IMG/VR virus record: IMGVR_UViG_3300005859_000002
Span: 1-40,729 of that record
Direction: 5' to 3' (one strand)
Length of the DNA stretch: 40,729 nucleotides
Below the pieces are notes generated by a model. That model saw only the letters and a program-made list of their open reading frames with translations, had not been told where the DNA came from and made no database searches. Within the stretch, counting starts at the first letter, position 1. Each line of letters begins with the position of its first letter. A program made the translations under genes and the position numbers. Of this stretch, positions 1-8,984 are shown in pieces.

Positions 1-99
1 TTAGAAATTTCTTCATTTGTCTAATTTTTTTATTTTTATTTTTTTAAATTAATTTTTTGTAGGGTTATTGGTAATTTTTTTCAGTGATGTTATAATATT
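1..99. repeat. Inner remnant of left inverted terminal repeat
   Basis: Exact reverse complement of 39149-39247; includes the last codons (LEISSFV*) of the 66-aa ITR ORF. Confidence 0.95.
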
Positions 100-149
100 C
101 CTAGTTTGAGGAGAAATTCTAGATGAAGTACTTAATAGTAAAACAGTAG

Positions 150-212
150 AGAGATAGAAAAAGTTATGAAAAATTATTTAGAAGTTGAGAAAAATGAGGA
201 ATAAAAAAAAGA
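150..212. repeat. 63-bp inverted repeat of 38520-38582
   Basis: AGAGATAGAAAAAGTTATGAAAAATTATTTAGAAGTTGAGAAAAATGAGGAATAAAAAAAAGA is the reverse complement of 38520-38582. Confidence 0.9.
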
Positions 213-326
213 GGTTTGATAAAAAAATAATTTATAAACTGTTTCCTATTTTATTAACTTAACGAAATTTTGCAGAGTCTAGTTAATTATTATTCTGGTT
301 TCGATAGATAAAAACGTAAAAGTTTA

Positions 327-342
327 GAGAAAACTTTATTAA
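327..342 (+). promoter_or_regulatory. Strong BRE-TATA (early-type) promoter
   Basis: GAGAAAACTTTATTAA about 35 nt upstream of ATG 378; same motif recurs before other terminal genes. Confidence 0.8.
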
Positions 343-377
343 GGTTGGAGGATAGAATAGATATTAGGGTTTAAGAT

Positions 378-815
378 ATGTCAGAAGAAAAGGTTCAAAT
401 AAATTCAAATTTGGAAAGGCAAGCTAGACATAAGATTATAACTTTCCCTTATCGTAATACTACTGCGGGTGGAAAAGACGATACACTATTAATTTCTCTT
501 AGAACAGGCAATATAATACCTTCAAATTTGCATTTATCAAGGTCTGGTTCTCATGGAAGTCGAAATTATAAGCTTTTACCAGCGAAATATCTAATGTATA
601 AAGTAAAAAGGAGCAATTTAGGTAACACTTACATAATAGTTTCAATAATTCTGTTAAAAGAAGATGGAGCTATTGAGACTCTTTTCGAATGGAAATTATA
701 TGAGGGTAAGAAAAATAGAATCCTTTTGGGACAGTTGCCTGAGAAGATTGAGCAAATTTTACTTTCAAGTAAAGAGCAACTACCGCTTTTTAATTATATT
801 TATAATTTTGGTTAG
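378..815 (+). CDS. Hypothetical early protein, candidate anti-defence
   Basis: 145-aa ORF with promoter, RBS and long T-rich terminator. Confidence 0.75.
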   Translation: MSEEKVQINSNLERQARHKIITFPYRNTTAGGKDDTLLISLRTGNIIPSNLHLSRSGSHGSRNYKLLPAKYLMYKVKRSNLGNTYIIVSIILLKEDGAIETLFEWKLYEGKKNRILLGQLPEKIEQILLSSKEQLPLFNYIYNFG

Positions 816-816
816 C

Positions 817-910
817 TTTTTTTATTTTATATTTTTTTATTCGTTATATTTTTATTATATTCGTTTTATTAAATCCTCTTTTATTTATTTCATTTTCTAT
901 TTCTATTTAT
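817..910 (+). terminator. Extended oligo-T terminator region
   Basis: Multiple T runs directly after the stop at 815. Confidence 0.6.
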
Positions 911-1025
911 AATTTTTCTCATCTTTCAAATAATTTTGCTATTGTTCTAAGAATTTCATGAAACTAAAAATAAAGATGTTTTTATATTTGTCATAATGAA
1001 TAAGCTACTTTTAGGTTGAAAGGGA

Positions 1026-1349
1026 ATGGTATCGTTATATAAATTACAAGAAGGAGATGATCTGTTAGGAGACATAATAGTAAAGAAACATAGAGATTAT
1101 TTTAGAATTGTATTTACTGATGAATATAACTGTTTATTTACAGATCATCAGGGAAAAGCCTTTAAAATAGAACATATTGATAATAATGGAATTTTTGATA
1201 GTTGTTTTGTTTTTTATCATGAGCTAGGTGTAAAAAATATTGAAGAATTGTTTCTTTTAATAGTAAGAAATCCTAGAGAAATAATAAATCTGCTAACAGG
1301 GAACAATATTCCAGTATATAGACTTATAGTTGAATATTTTCAAGATTAA
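1026..1349 (+). CDS. Hypothetical protein
   Basis: 107 aa; upstream TTTATATTTGTCATAA promoter. Confidence 0.75.
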   Translation: MVSLYKLQEGDDLLGDIIVKKHRDYFRIVFTDEYNCLFTDHQGKAFKIEHIDNNGIFDSCFVFYHELGVKNIEELFLLIVRNPREIINLLTGNNIPVYRLIVEYFQD

Positions 1350-1427
1350 TTTTTTTTGCAATTTTTAAGTTTTAGACATTTTTGATGTTTTATATTTGTC
1401 ATAACTTATATATTCTTTCTGGTAAAA

Positions 1428-1751
1428 ATGGAAATACAAGAAGAGGAATTTATAAAAGATTTACAATTAGATTTTAATATTCAATTATTGAAATTTAAGA
1501 AATATGACGAAATTTATGATAAATTAAAAATAGACATAAAAGATATAAAAAACTCAAATGAAATTAAAACTAAATTCGGAATTATAAGTCCTGAAAAATA
1601 TCAAATTGAAGAAATATTAGACCAGATAGGTTCATATTATAGAACGTATAAAGTTATGTCTAAATATCTAGGAAAAAGTGCAATGAATGAGAAACTTAAA
1701 GAGGAAATATGGTTTTTAATAAGTTTAGTAATTTGGAAATTGTACTATTAG
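1428..1751 (+). CDS. Hypothetical protein
   Basis: 107 aa; upstream TTTATATTTGTCATAA promoter. Confidence 0.75.
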   Translation: MEIQEEEFIKDLQLDFNIQLLKFKKYDEIYDKLKIDIKDIKNSNEIKTKFGIISPEKYQIEEILDQIGSYYRTYKVMSKYLGKSAMNEKLKEEIWFLISLVIWKLYY

Positions 1752-1817
1752 AGTAACTAAAATAAAGGAATTTTTAAGTTTGTCATAAATTGTATGATCT
1801 TTTACATGTGATGAAAA

Positions 1818-2003
1818 ATGGTAAAGTCTTATAATTTAACAGATGAACAAAAAAGAATTTTGAAAAGAATGCATGAAAGAACAGAATATATTGTAAAGAA
1901 TTATAAAGAATATCTAGATGCATTAGCTGAATATGATAAAACTGGAATTTTGAAAATTCATGGGAAAGTTCTTTATGAAAGACGTTATAATAACGAAAAA
2001 TAG
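1818..2003 (+). CDS. Small protein, possible antitoxin mimic
   Basis: 61 aa; TATA-GTCATA promoter, GTGA RBS; IVKNYKEYLDALAE helix. Confidence 0.7.
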   Translation: MVKSYNLTDEQKRILKRMHERTEYIVKNYKEYLDALAEYDKTGILKIHGKVLYERRYNNEK

Positions 2004-2018
2004 AGATCTAAAAAGATA

Positions 2019-2034
2019 GAGAAAACTTTATATA
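2019..2034 (+). promoter_or_regulatory. Strong BRE-TATA (early-type) promoter
   Basis: GAGAAAACTTTATATA upstream of ATG 2070. Confidence 0.8.
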
Positions 2035-2069
2035 CTAATGAAGACAGATGATATATTAGGGATAAAAAG

Positions 2070-2240
2070 ATGAAAGAGATAAGAGTTAAAAATACAGTAT
2101 ATGTAATTAATACTGAAGATGAGATGATTGATTTAGTTCATGAGTTGGCTAGAGAGGGCTATACAGTTAAAGAAATAGCACAAATTCTGTCTATTGGCAA
2201 GAGAAAAATAGTTAAAATGCTACAAGATTGTTGGGGATGA
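2070..2240 (+). CDS. HTH protein, SIRV1 ORF55/56a (gp1) family; not in ORF track
   Basis: Hand translation MKEIRVKNTVYVINTEDEMIDLVHELAREGYTVKEIAQILSIGKRKIVKMLQDCWG; matches remembered SIRV gp1 pattern HELAxxGYTVxxIAxxL. Confidence 0.88.
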   Translation: MKEIRVKNTVYVINTEDEMIDLVHELAREGYTVKEIAQILSIGKRKIVKMLQDCWG

Positions 2241-2491
2241 TGAAGATGAGTTTTAAAGAATTAAAAGAAGAAATTATATCTCAACTAGAAAATTATCATC
2301 CTTTAACAGGTGCTGAAACTTTTTATTTACATTATCTTCTTGTAGAAGCTAGAGTTTTAAGAGAGAATGAAATAGAAATTTTTTATAAAGATCTTATCGG
2401 TATAAGTACAGATAATCATATAACATATAACTTTCAAGTTTTTTTAAGAAAAATAGTAAATTTAATAAAAGAAAATTATAGTCTCGAATAA
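2237..2491 (+). CDS. Hypothetical protein (start 2237 or 2246)
   Basis: ATG overlaps the stop of the upstream HTH gene; T-rich terminator follows. Confidence 0.7.
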   Translation: MMKMSFKELKEEIISQLENYHPLTGAETFYLHYLLVEARVLRENEIEIFYKDLIGISTDNHITYNFQVFLRKIVNLIKENYSLE

Positions 2492-2682
2492 ATTTATTTT
2501 TTTTCTGTTTTATTTTTTCTTTTCTAACTTTATTTTCTAGCTTTCTTTTCTTATCAATAATTTTTCTCAAGTATGTTATATTATTTTAAACTATTTAGAA
2601 TTAGGTAAATTTGAAGTGAAGTTATAGAAATTTAGAGAAAACTTTAAAAATGTGTTTTTATAGATTATATATAAGTGATAAA

Positions 2683-2931
2683 ATGAGTTTTGAAGAAAGT
2701 TCAAAAGTTAAGTTAGGAAAAAAAGAAAAAGCTGTTATTTTTTACTTAACGCAAAATTCAGGTTCAGCGTGGCAAGAGGATATAGTAGCGTATTTCTCTT
2801 GGGCTAAAAAATACCAGAGTGTTATTTTGAAAAGATTATACAAGATGCAAGAAAAAGGTCTAATAAAGATTCGGGAGGAAATAAATCCTGATACTGGTAG
2901 GGTCAAGAAGAGGGTTTACTTAATTCAATAA
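2683..2931 (+). CDS. Winged-helix DNA-binding protein, possible Aca-like regulator
   Basis: KRLYKMQEKGLI recognition helix and wing NPDTGRVKKRVYL; start moved to 2683 because the promoter is at 2635-2650 and a GTGA RBS precedes it. Confidence 0.8.
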   Translation: MSFEESSKVKLGKKEKAVIFYLTQNSGSAWQEDIVAYFSWAKKYQSVILKRLYKMQEKGLIKIREEINPDTGRVKKRVYLIQ

Positions 2932-3066
2932 TTTTTTTCTTTAAGTTTTTTCTTTTTTTATTACATATTTTAAGCTAATATTGACTATAATTTTTATCAA
3001 AATTTAGATTATACTTCTTAACATAAATTAAAAAAACGGTTTAAACTTAAGTTTTTAAAGTTTTAG

Positions 3067-3264
3067 TTACACTGATTTTAGTTCTAATATAATATCATCT
3101 AATTCATCTATCATTTCTTCTATTTCTTTTTTCCTAGTTATTAACTGAAGTTGCCCTTTACTATCTTTATCAGTTTCTATTATTTCCCCTATTTTTTTTT
3201 CTGAACTTTCTAGATAATGTTTTGCATATTCTAGTTTTAATACTATTTCACTGTAATTCCCCAT
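3067..3264 (-). CDS. Small coiled-coil protein
   Basis: 65 aa heptad-like; coupled to the upstream ORF. Confidence 0.7.
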   Translation of the reverse strand: MGNYSEIVLKLEYAKHYLESSEKKIGEIIETDKDSKGQLQLITRKKEIEEMIDELDDIILELKSV

Positions 3265-3267
3265 TAT

Positions 3268-3546
3268 TTACTCCTCCTTAATATGTTTCGACGATTTTCC
3301 AATTTCAATAGTTATATCGTTATACATTATGCTAAACCATATTTTGAATTGTAATATTTTATTAGAAATTTTCAGGTATCCGTATACTGAATTTTCTGTA
3401 TTCGTATATAGCAGTATTCTTGGTTTTTCTGTGAAAGTAAAAGCTTTACTTAGAACATTTATTATATCTTCTTCTTTCATACTTTTTACTTTATTTCTTA
3501 TTTCTTCTCTCCTAATTTGAGTTCTTTCTATTCTATCTGAATCCAT
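3268..3546 (-). CDS. Hypothetical protein
   Basis: 92 aa; GTCATA promoter motif near 3570 on the minus strand. Confidence 0.75.
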   Translation of the reverse strand: MDSDRIERTQIRREEIRNKVKSMKEEDIINVLSKAFTFTEKPRILLYTNTENSVYGYLKISNKILQFKIWFSIMYNDITIEIGKSSKHIKEE

Positions 3547-3696
3547 TTTTACCTAACTAATGTTATGCCTTATGACAGCTAAAAATAATTTTATTTTTAT
3601 AACTTTGAATTTAAGATACAGTTTCTTATTTTTTCTCTAGCCAATTTTTTGAAATAACAGAAATCTTTAAATAGGTCAGAATTAAATTATTTATTA

Positions 3697-3750
3697 GGCG
3701 TAGCGTCAAAAGTGAGGGGACTATCGACGTAGCGTCGTATGTCCCTGATT
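3697..3750 (+). ncRNA. Putative small structured RNA with k-turn (box C/D-like)
   Basis: GC-rich intergenic island about 24 nt downstream of TTTAAATA (3666-3673); two hairpins with CG-UAG-CG loops; GUGA...CUGA closing a GGGGAC/GUCCCU stem. Confidence 0.6.
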
Positions 3751-3801
3751 AATTTAATAAAAAAATATATATTTTAATTTTCAAGTTAGTGAGAAAATAA
3801 A

Positions 3802-4134
3802 TTATTTTTCTTCTCTCCATAAAATTTCTAATCCTTCAATTCTGTCGTATCTTATTCTTGCATTTTTTAATTCTATTTTATTGTAAGTATCTACTTTTCC
3901 AATTATAATTTCAATGTTTGAACTTGTCTTGAAGATTTGCAGAAAATTAAAATCACTATTTTCTATAATAAAATTTATTTCTATAGAATTTTCATAATCA
4001 GCAAAACTGAAACTTAATAATCTTAAATTGAAAATATGTATATCGTATAGACCATCTTGTTCTTTCCAATACTTGAAATCTAATTTATTTTGTTTTAGAA
4101 ATTCTAAAATATCTTTTCCATCTTTTATTATCAT
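3802..4134 (-). CDS. Hypothetical protein
   Basis: 110 aa; ATGA overlap with the thyX stop. Confidence 0.75.
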   Translation of the reverse strand: MIIKDGKDILEFLKQNKLDFKYWKEQDGLYDIHIFNLRLLSFSFADYENSIEINFIIENSDFNFLQIFKTSSNIEIIIGKVDTYNKIELKNARIRYDRIEGLEILWREEK

Positions 4135-4889
4135 TTTATTTCACCTCTTGAATTATTTATGCATTTTACTATATTATCTCTTGAAACTCCTTCTATGCAC
4201 CTTTCAGATACGAAGGTTCCTAATTTTTCAAGAGTCATTGGATTTTCTCTTATGAAGTTCTCATGAATTAGACATGATGGACTTGCATATTTGAAAAGGA
4301 TTGGATGAACTTTTTTCACTTCATCTAACATAGCCCATGCTATTTTTCTAATTTCCCATTGTGATCTTGAGCATAAACGAAGAGAAAAGAAATTGTATAA
4401 TTCTCTTGCGTTCATTGTAACTACAATATTTGTATTTACACCATTAGGCAAAATATATCTTGCATCTTCTTCAGGTATGCCATTTTTTAATAATTCGTAA
4501 TAATAACTATAAATTTCATTATATACATTTTCAGTAAGATTTTTTGCTCTTTTTTCTACAGATGGTGGAATAATTGGTTGATAAAATTCATCTATTGGTT
4601 TAGCGAATCTATGAGACATTTGAGTGAATGAAGCTATTCTATGCCTTACTAGTTGATGCGATGATACTCTAGAAATATTTTCAATTGAGAAAGTATAATT
4701 ACTATGTTCAAGAGGTGACCAATAACCATGAACTATTGCATCTGTTATCCATGTTTCAATTTCTTTTTCTGTCATATTTTCTTCATGATGTTTCCAACCT
4801 TTTCTACTTCTAGACATTTTAGAAGCTATTGCTACTATTTTTTCTCCGTTAATTGTATATGAAACTAGTGAAATATTCAATCTGCACAC
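4131..4889 (-). CDS. thyX: Flavin-dependent thymidylate synthase
   Basis: SPLEH, ThyX motif [11 protein letters not shown] (RHRx7S), [19 protein letters not shown]. Confidence 0.96.
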   Translation of the reverse strand: MCRLNISLVSYTINGEKIVAIASKMSRSRKGWKHHEENMTEKEIETWITDAIVHGYWSPLEHSNYTFSIENISRVSSHQLVRHRIASFTQMSHRFAKPIDEFYQPIIPPSVEKRAKNLTENVYNEIYSYYYELLKNGIPEEDARYILPNGVNTNIVVTMNARELYNFFSLRLCSRSQWEIRKIAWAMLDEVKKVHPILFKYASPSCLIHENFIRENPMTLEKLGTFVSERCIEGVSRDNIVKCINNSRGEIK

Positions 4890-4895
4890 CTTTTT

Positions 4896-5087
4896 TTAAT
4901 CAAATTTCATTATTTTTACAACTTTTGCCTTATGAATTATCTCGTCGTCGTTTTGATTTTCTAAAAAATTTTGCAAAATTAGTCTAATTGCTTCACTTCC
5001 AAGCATTTTGTTTTCTTTAGCATATTTATCTAATTGCTCTAACAAATCCTGTTCAATTTTGAATGTTACAACTTTTAATCTACCCAT
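4896..5087 (-). CDS. Ribbon-helix-helix (CopG) regulator
   Basis: VVTFKIEQDLLEQLDKYA...SEAIRLIL. Confidence 0.88.
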   Translation of the reverse strand: MGRLKVVTFKIEQDLLEQLDKYAKENKMLGSEAIRLILQNFLENQNDDEIIHKAKVVKIMKFD

Positions 5088-5149
5088 TTTAACTCATGAA
5101 AATTACGTTGTATGACATCTTAAAAGATTTTTAATTTTAGATTTTTAGA

Positions 5150-5770
5150 TTAAAACAAAGTTCCATAGCATTTTCCTTTAAACTCACAATTTTTGCAGAA
5201 AAACGAATTCGCAATAGGTATAGTTTTATAATCTTCTTTTTTCATATATTCTTTGAAATTTTTTATCCAATCTATCGTTTTTTGCAAATATTCGTCTAAT
5301 ACTTTTTTGCTTATTTGAAATTGTTTAACTTCCCTATTTACTCTATTGAGATATATGATATAGATATTGTCAATTTGATAATTTTGTTGTGATAATAGAT
5401 AGTAATATATTGAAACTTGATATAAGTGATATTCTCTTACATGAAAATAATTGCTTGAAATTGTTTTTAACTCAATTAAGTCGTTTCCGCAAATTAAATC
5501 TATACGACCTGAAATTTTCATACCTTCAATTTCTCCTTTTACTTCAATTTCACTTTTACAATTCAATTTTTCTATAAGATGATTTTCTATTCTTTCATGA
5601 TATTGTTCTCCTAAATCAAGAACTATTTCATTAATTCCTCTTTCAAATTCAAATTTTCTAGCAAAGTAACTTTTTCTATAACAAATTCCAAGTTCACTAG
5701 GGAATATTGTATCTTCTGGATATTTTATTTTGAAACTTTGTTTTACTATTTCTTCATAGTTCATGATCAT
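5150..5770 (-). CDS. cas4: Cas4-like PD-(D/E)xK nuclease (SIRV2 gp19-like)
   Basis: N-terminal CYRK, GRIDL, ELKT, QVSIY, C-terminal [10 protein letters not shown] Fe-S ligands. Confidence 0.93.
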   Translation of the reverse strand: MIMNYEEIVKQSFKIKYPEDTIFPSELGICYRKSYFARKFEFERGINEIVLDLGEQYHERIENHLIEKLNCKSEIEVKGEIEGMKISGRIDLICGNDLIELKTISSNYFHVREYHLYQVSIYYYLLSQQNYQIDNIYIIYLNRVNREVKQFQISKKVLDEYLQKTIDWIKNFKEYMKKEDYKTIPIANSFFCKNCEFKGKCYGTLF

Positions 5771-7074
5771 TCCACCAGGTTAGAATATCTCATTAAATTA
5801 ATTATTTTATTGCAAATTTCTTCATCTGACTGTCTTCCAATTTGAATATCTATGTCTAGAGCTTGCAACATTATCTGCATATCTATCGCTTGTTCTTGTC
5901 TTCTAGATTCCAGATTATTGCAAACTACATAATTATTTACAGTGTTTATTTTCTGTTGAATTAGATCAACTAAAGCTCGCAAAATTGAAGGATACAGAAC
6001 TCGTGAATTTATCACTTTTTCATAAGTTTTCTTAATTGCTAACTGAATAATGTGAATTCTGTCCAGAATAGCTGAAGTAAATACTTGATAATTTGCAAGA
6101 TAATCTTCAACCTCAGGAGTTCTTAACCTGTCAATTGTTGTAGAATAAGGATTTCCTGCATAAATTATTGGAATACATTTTTGAATAGTTGCAGATTTTG
6201 ATTCTGTTCCAGCTCCACGAGTCCAAATACAATTTTCCAAACCTGTTGAAAGTGTAGCATTTATTGAACCTAATTCTTTAGCACTAAATCCCTCTTTCCA
6301 ATTCTGAATTTCATCAAAAATTAGACCATTTGATAAAAATACTGCTCCGTACATATTATTCCTAGCATCAAAGATTAAATTAGCATAAGTTGGCGACTCT
6401 GTATAATATCTGAAATTGAAAACTTCCTGAAGAATCATGAAAGTAGTAGTTTTTCCAGTTCCTCTATTAGAAATTTCAATGTAGTTAATTTGTCGTTTAG
6501 TAATTGGAGATTTGAAAAGTGGAAATAATCTAGGTAGGAAAACTAATATATCACTAACTTCCATTTTTGTTGGATCATATCCAAATGCCTGCAACAATAA
6601 CGCCCATAATTGCTTTTCAGAATTTGCTAATTCAAATATTTCTTTCGCAATTTCATAATTATTTGGTGGTTCTATAGAATAAATATCATCTATATACCAA
6701 TCATCTGAGCTTTTCTTAATTTTTACAAACATATAAGAAGAAATTAAATTATAGAAATCATCTGGATTATTTGCAATTAGATGTGGATCGAAAGAGGCAG
6801 TGAAACCATTTTGAAATCTCGCTATTATTTCATCTCCTTTAACTTTGAAATTAGTAATTTTAGAGATAAACTTAACTTCATTGTAAAAAGCTAAATTTGA
6901 AGCAAAATATTGCTGGTCAATTCCTCTTTTGTAAGCTTTAAGAATTTCGTTTTTCTTTTGCTCTTCAATTTGTTTTTCACCTATAATTATGTTAAGAATT
7001 CGTTCAGTGTCACGAGGATTGTAAAAAAAAGTATGTGGTTTGACTTTATCTAAAAAAGATAAATAACTACTCAT
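5767..7074 (-). CDS. P-loop AAA+ ATPase (SIRV2 gp18-like)
   Basis: Walker A NRGTGKTT, Walker B LIFDE, SAILDR; lies between the ssb and cas4 genes as in rudiviruses. Confidence 0.9.
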   Translation of the reverse strand: MSSYLSFLDKVKPHTFFYNPRDTERILNIIIGEKQIEEQKKNEILKAYKRGIDQQYFASNLAFYNEVKFISKITNFKVKGDEIIARFQNGFTASFDPHLIANNPDDFYNLISSYMFVKIKKSSDDWYIDDIYSIEPPNNYEIAKEIFELANSEKQLWALLLQAFGYDPTKMEVSDILVFLPRLFPLFKSPITKRQINYIEISNRGTGKTTTFMILQEVFNFRYYTESPTYANLIFDARNNMYGAVFLSNGLIFDEIQNWKEGFSAKELGSINATLSTGLENCIWTRGAGTESKSATIQKCIPIIYAGNPYSTTIDRLRTPEVEDYLANYQVFTSAILDRIHIIQLAIKKTYEKVINSRVLYPSILRALVDLIQQKINTVNNYVVCNNLESRRQEQAIDMQIMLQALDIDIQIGRQSDEEICNKIINLMRYSNLVE

Positions 7075-7099
7075 AAAGAAAAAAAGATCTTATGACAGT

Positions 7100-7501
7100 T
7101 TAAAACTCGTCTTCTACGTTTCGCTTTTCTCTTTTTTGCTCTTTTTTGTTATCTTTTTCATTATTTTCATCTTCTTCTATATCTAATTCTTCCTCTTGAA
7201 CTGCATTGTTATTTCTTCTAGTATATTTTATGTATTCATTTAGCAAATCTGCATATTTATTTAGAAACTCTGAGATTAACCTTAGATCTTCTGCATCATT
7301 AGCAGTTATTCCAATTTGTTTTCTGAAATTATTTTGTGGATGTATAGTAATACTATATCTTACATTTCCGTTTTCTGGAACTGCATTTAACTGAACTACT
7401 ATTCTCTTTATTCCCTTAATTTTTAAAACTCGAGATGCTATTTTGTTTGATTGTTTTGCACTTTTCCCTAATTGATCTATTATTTCTTTTAAACTACTCA
7501 T
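7100..7501 (-). CDS. Single-stranded DNA-binding protein (SIRV2 gp17-like)
   Basis: RIVVQLNAVP...NNFRKQIGIT core with acidic disordered tail; synteny. Confidence 0.85.
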   Translation of the reverse strand: MSSLKEIIDQLGKSAKQSNKIASRVLKIKGIKRIVVQLNAVPENGNVRYSITIHPQNNFRKQIGITANDAEDLRLISEFLNKYADLLNEYIKYTRRNNNAVQEEELDIEEDENNEKDNKKEQKREKRNVEDEF

Positions 7502-7601
7502 CTTATTCGCCTAATTAATAGCTAGCAATATGACATATTTATATATTGAAAAAGATCTAGATTGTGACTTTTGTTAGTAAAAAAATCCTTTAAAAAAATA
7601 T

Positions 7602-7892
7602 TTAACTTAATTGGAAGAATACGGATCTTATTATTTTCGCTATTTTGATATTATACCTTTTAGCTAATTCTTCTAATTTTTGATAATACAATTGGTCTAC
7701 CGTAAAAAAAACACGTTCGTCGTAAACCTCACTACCTTCTAGTTCCTTGAATTCTTTTTCAGAATTTATTATTTTATTAATTTCTTCTTTTATTAATTCT
7801 CTTTTCTCATAAAAAATAGATTTATATTTTCCTGGTATTCTCAACTCTATATACTTGTTTTTTTGCTGTTTCATAATTTTCCATTCTTTCAA
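7602..7892 (-). CDS. RHH-like DNA-binding protein
   Basis: RVFFTVDQLYYQKLEELAKRYNIKIAKIIR. Confidence 0.7.
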   Translation of the reverse strand: MKEWKIMKQQKNKYIELRIPGKYKSIFYEKRELIKEEINKIINSEKEFKELEGSEVYDERVFFTVDQLYYQKLEELAKRYNIKIAKIIRSVFFQLS

Positions 7893-7945
7893 GTATCGTA
7901 TAAATATGACATATACATTTAACTGTCAGGTATTCATTTACGTAT

Positions 7946-8296
7946 GTGGATTATGAAAAAGTTTTTACTTATCACTTTCTTTATTCTTATACATATTTTG
8001 TCACAATCACGACAAATTATCGATATAATTCAACAACTGAAATTTTTCAGAAATTTCGGCAATATGTATATAATCATGATGAAAATTCTCATGTTTTCAG
8101 CGTTAAGGAATATACAACTAAATTGAAAGGACTTCATTATCATATTCTAGTTTTTACAAATAAGAAACTTGATTATTCAAAAATTCATAAAAAAATGCTT
8201 GAGCATTCAGATATAAATATTCAATTAGTTCCAAAAACAAAAACAGATATAAAAAATGTATTTAAATATATGATGAAGCAGAAATTAGGATTTTGA
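7946..8296 (+). CDS. rep: HUH endonuclease Rep (SIRV ORF119-like)
   Basis: Motif I FVTITT, motif II LHYHILV, motif III YMMK. Confidence 0.92.
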   Translation: MDYEKVFTYHFLYSYTYFVTITTNYRYNSTTEIFQKFRQYVYNHDENSHVFSVKEYTTKLKGLHYHILVFTNKKLDYSKIHKKMLEHSDINIQLVPKTKTDIKNVFKYMMKQKLGF

Positions 8297-8479
8297 ACTT
8301 CTTTCTTTTCCTAATTGATAACCGCCATGAATTAATAAGGTTGATAGAAGAATATACAAAATATTTACATAAGTTGAATTATTTAAAAACGAAGGATTTA
8401 CTGATATAAAAACTAACATCAATACAAATAAAATGCTGTGAATTGTAAAAGCAATTATACTAAATGTTTCATCTGTCAT
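8285..8479 (-). CDS. Small two-helix membrane protein
   Basis: 64 aa with two hydrophobic segments. Confidence 0.65.
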   Translation of the reverse strand: MTDETFSIIAFTIHSILFVLMLVFISVNPSFLNNSTYVNILYILLSTLLIHGGYQLGKERSSKS

Positions 8480-8579
8480 ATGATAATTATTATTTTTAAG
8501 CTACTTATAAATTATCATGAAAAAATTAAAAAAGATATAAAAAAAGTTTTGACTTTTATGTTAAGGAATAAGAAATAAT

Positions 8580-8867
8580 TTATTTAGCTTGAGTGTTCTT
8601 ATCTTGTTCAGCTTTCTTTTGAGCTAAACTATTTACGTCTTTAAGTGTGTCCATATTCAAAATTGCATTAATTCCAAGAGTTGTAGTATCTTTTATACTT
8701 TCTACTGCTGAAATTGTTGATTTTGTCATTTCGTTAATTGAATTTTGGAATGTTTCGTTGTTTTGTTTTTGATTGTACAAATGTACAACTTCTCCTACAA
8801 TATATGAGCCAACTAATGTTCCCATTAGAATTAAGAACCCTTCTAGTGCATATTCTGGGATGTTCAT
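8580..8867 (-). CDS. Virus-associated pyramid protein PVAP (SIRV2 P98/STIV c92 family)
   Basis: N-terminal TM then GEVVHLYN...ESIKDTTTLGINAILNMDTL, matching remembered P98. Confidence 0.93.
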   Translation of the reverse strand: MNIPEYALEGFLILMGTLVGSYIVGEVVHLYNQKQNNETFQNSINEMTKSTISAVESIKDTTTLGINAILNMDTLKDVNSLAQKKAEQDKNTQAK

Positions 8868-8984
8868 TCTAATTCTATTTTATACAATTTGCTTAATATT
8901 AAACTTTATGCAAAAAATCGAAATATATTTATCTTTTTATTTTTCGTAATAAGTTTATTATTGTCAAGTTACTTTTCTAGTATT

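Noticed and set aside
664-912. 82-aa ORF
   Set aside because: Overlaps 378-815 and runs through its T-rich terminator; F/Y/I low complexity.
5150-5770. cas4 as a sign of a CRISPR locus
   Set aside because: Stand-alone rudiviral core gene; no other cas genes or array.
3329-8126. ORFs 3329-3520, 4028-4255, 5389-5577, 7206-7394, 7944-8126
   Set aside because: Antisense or off-frame shadows of better supported genes.
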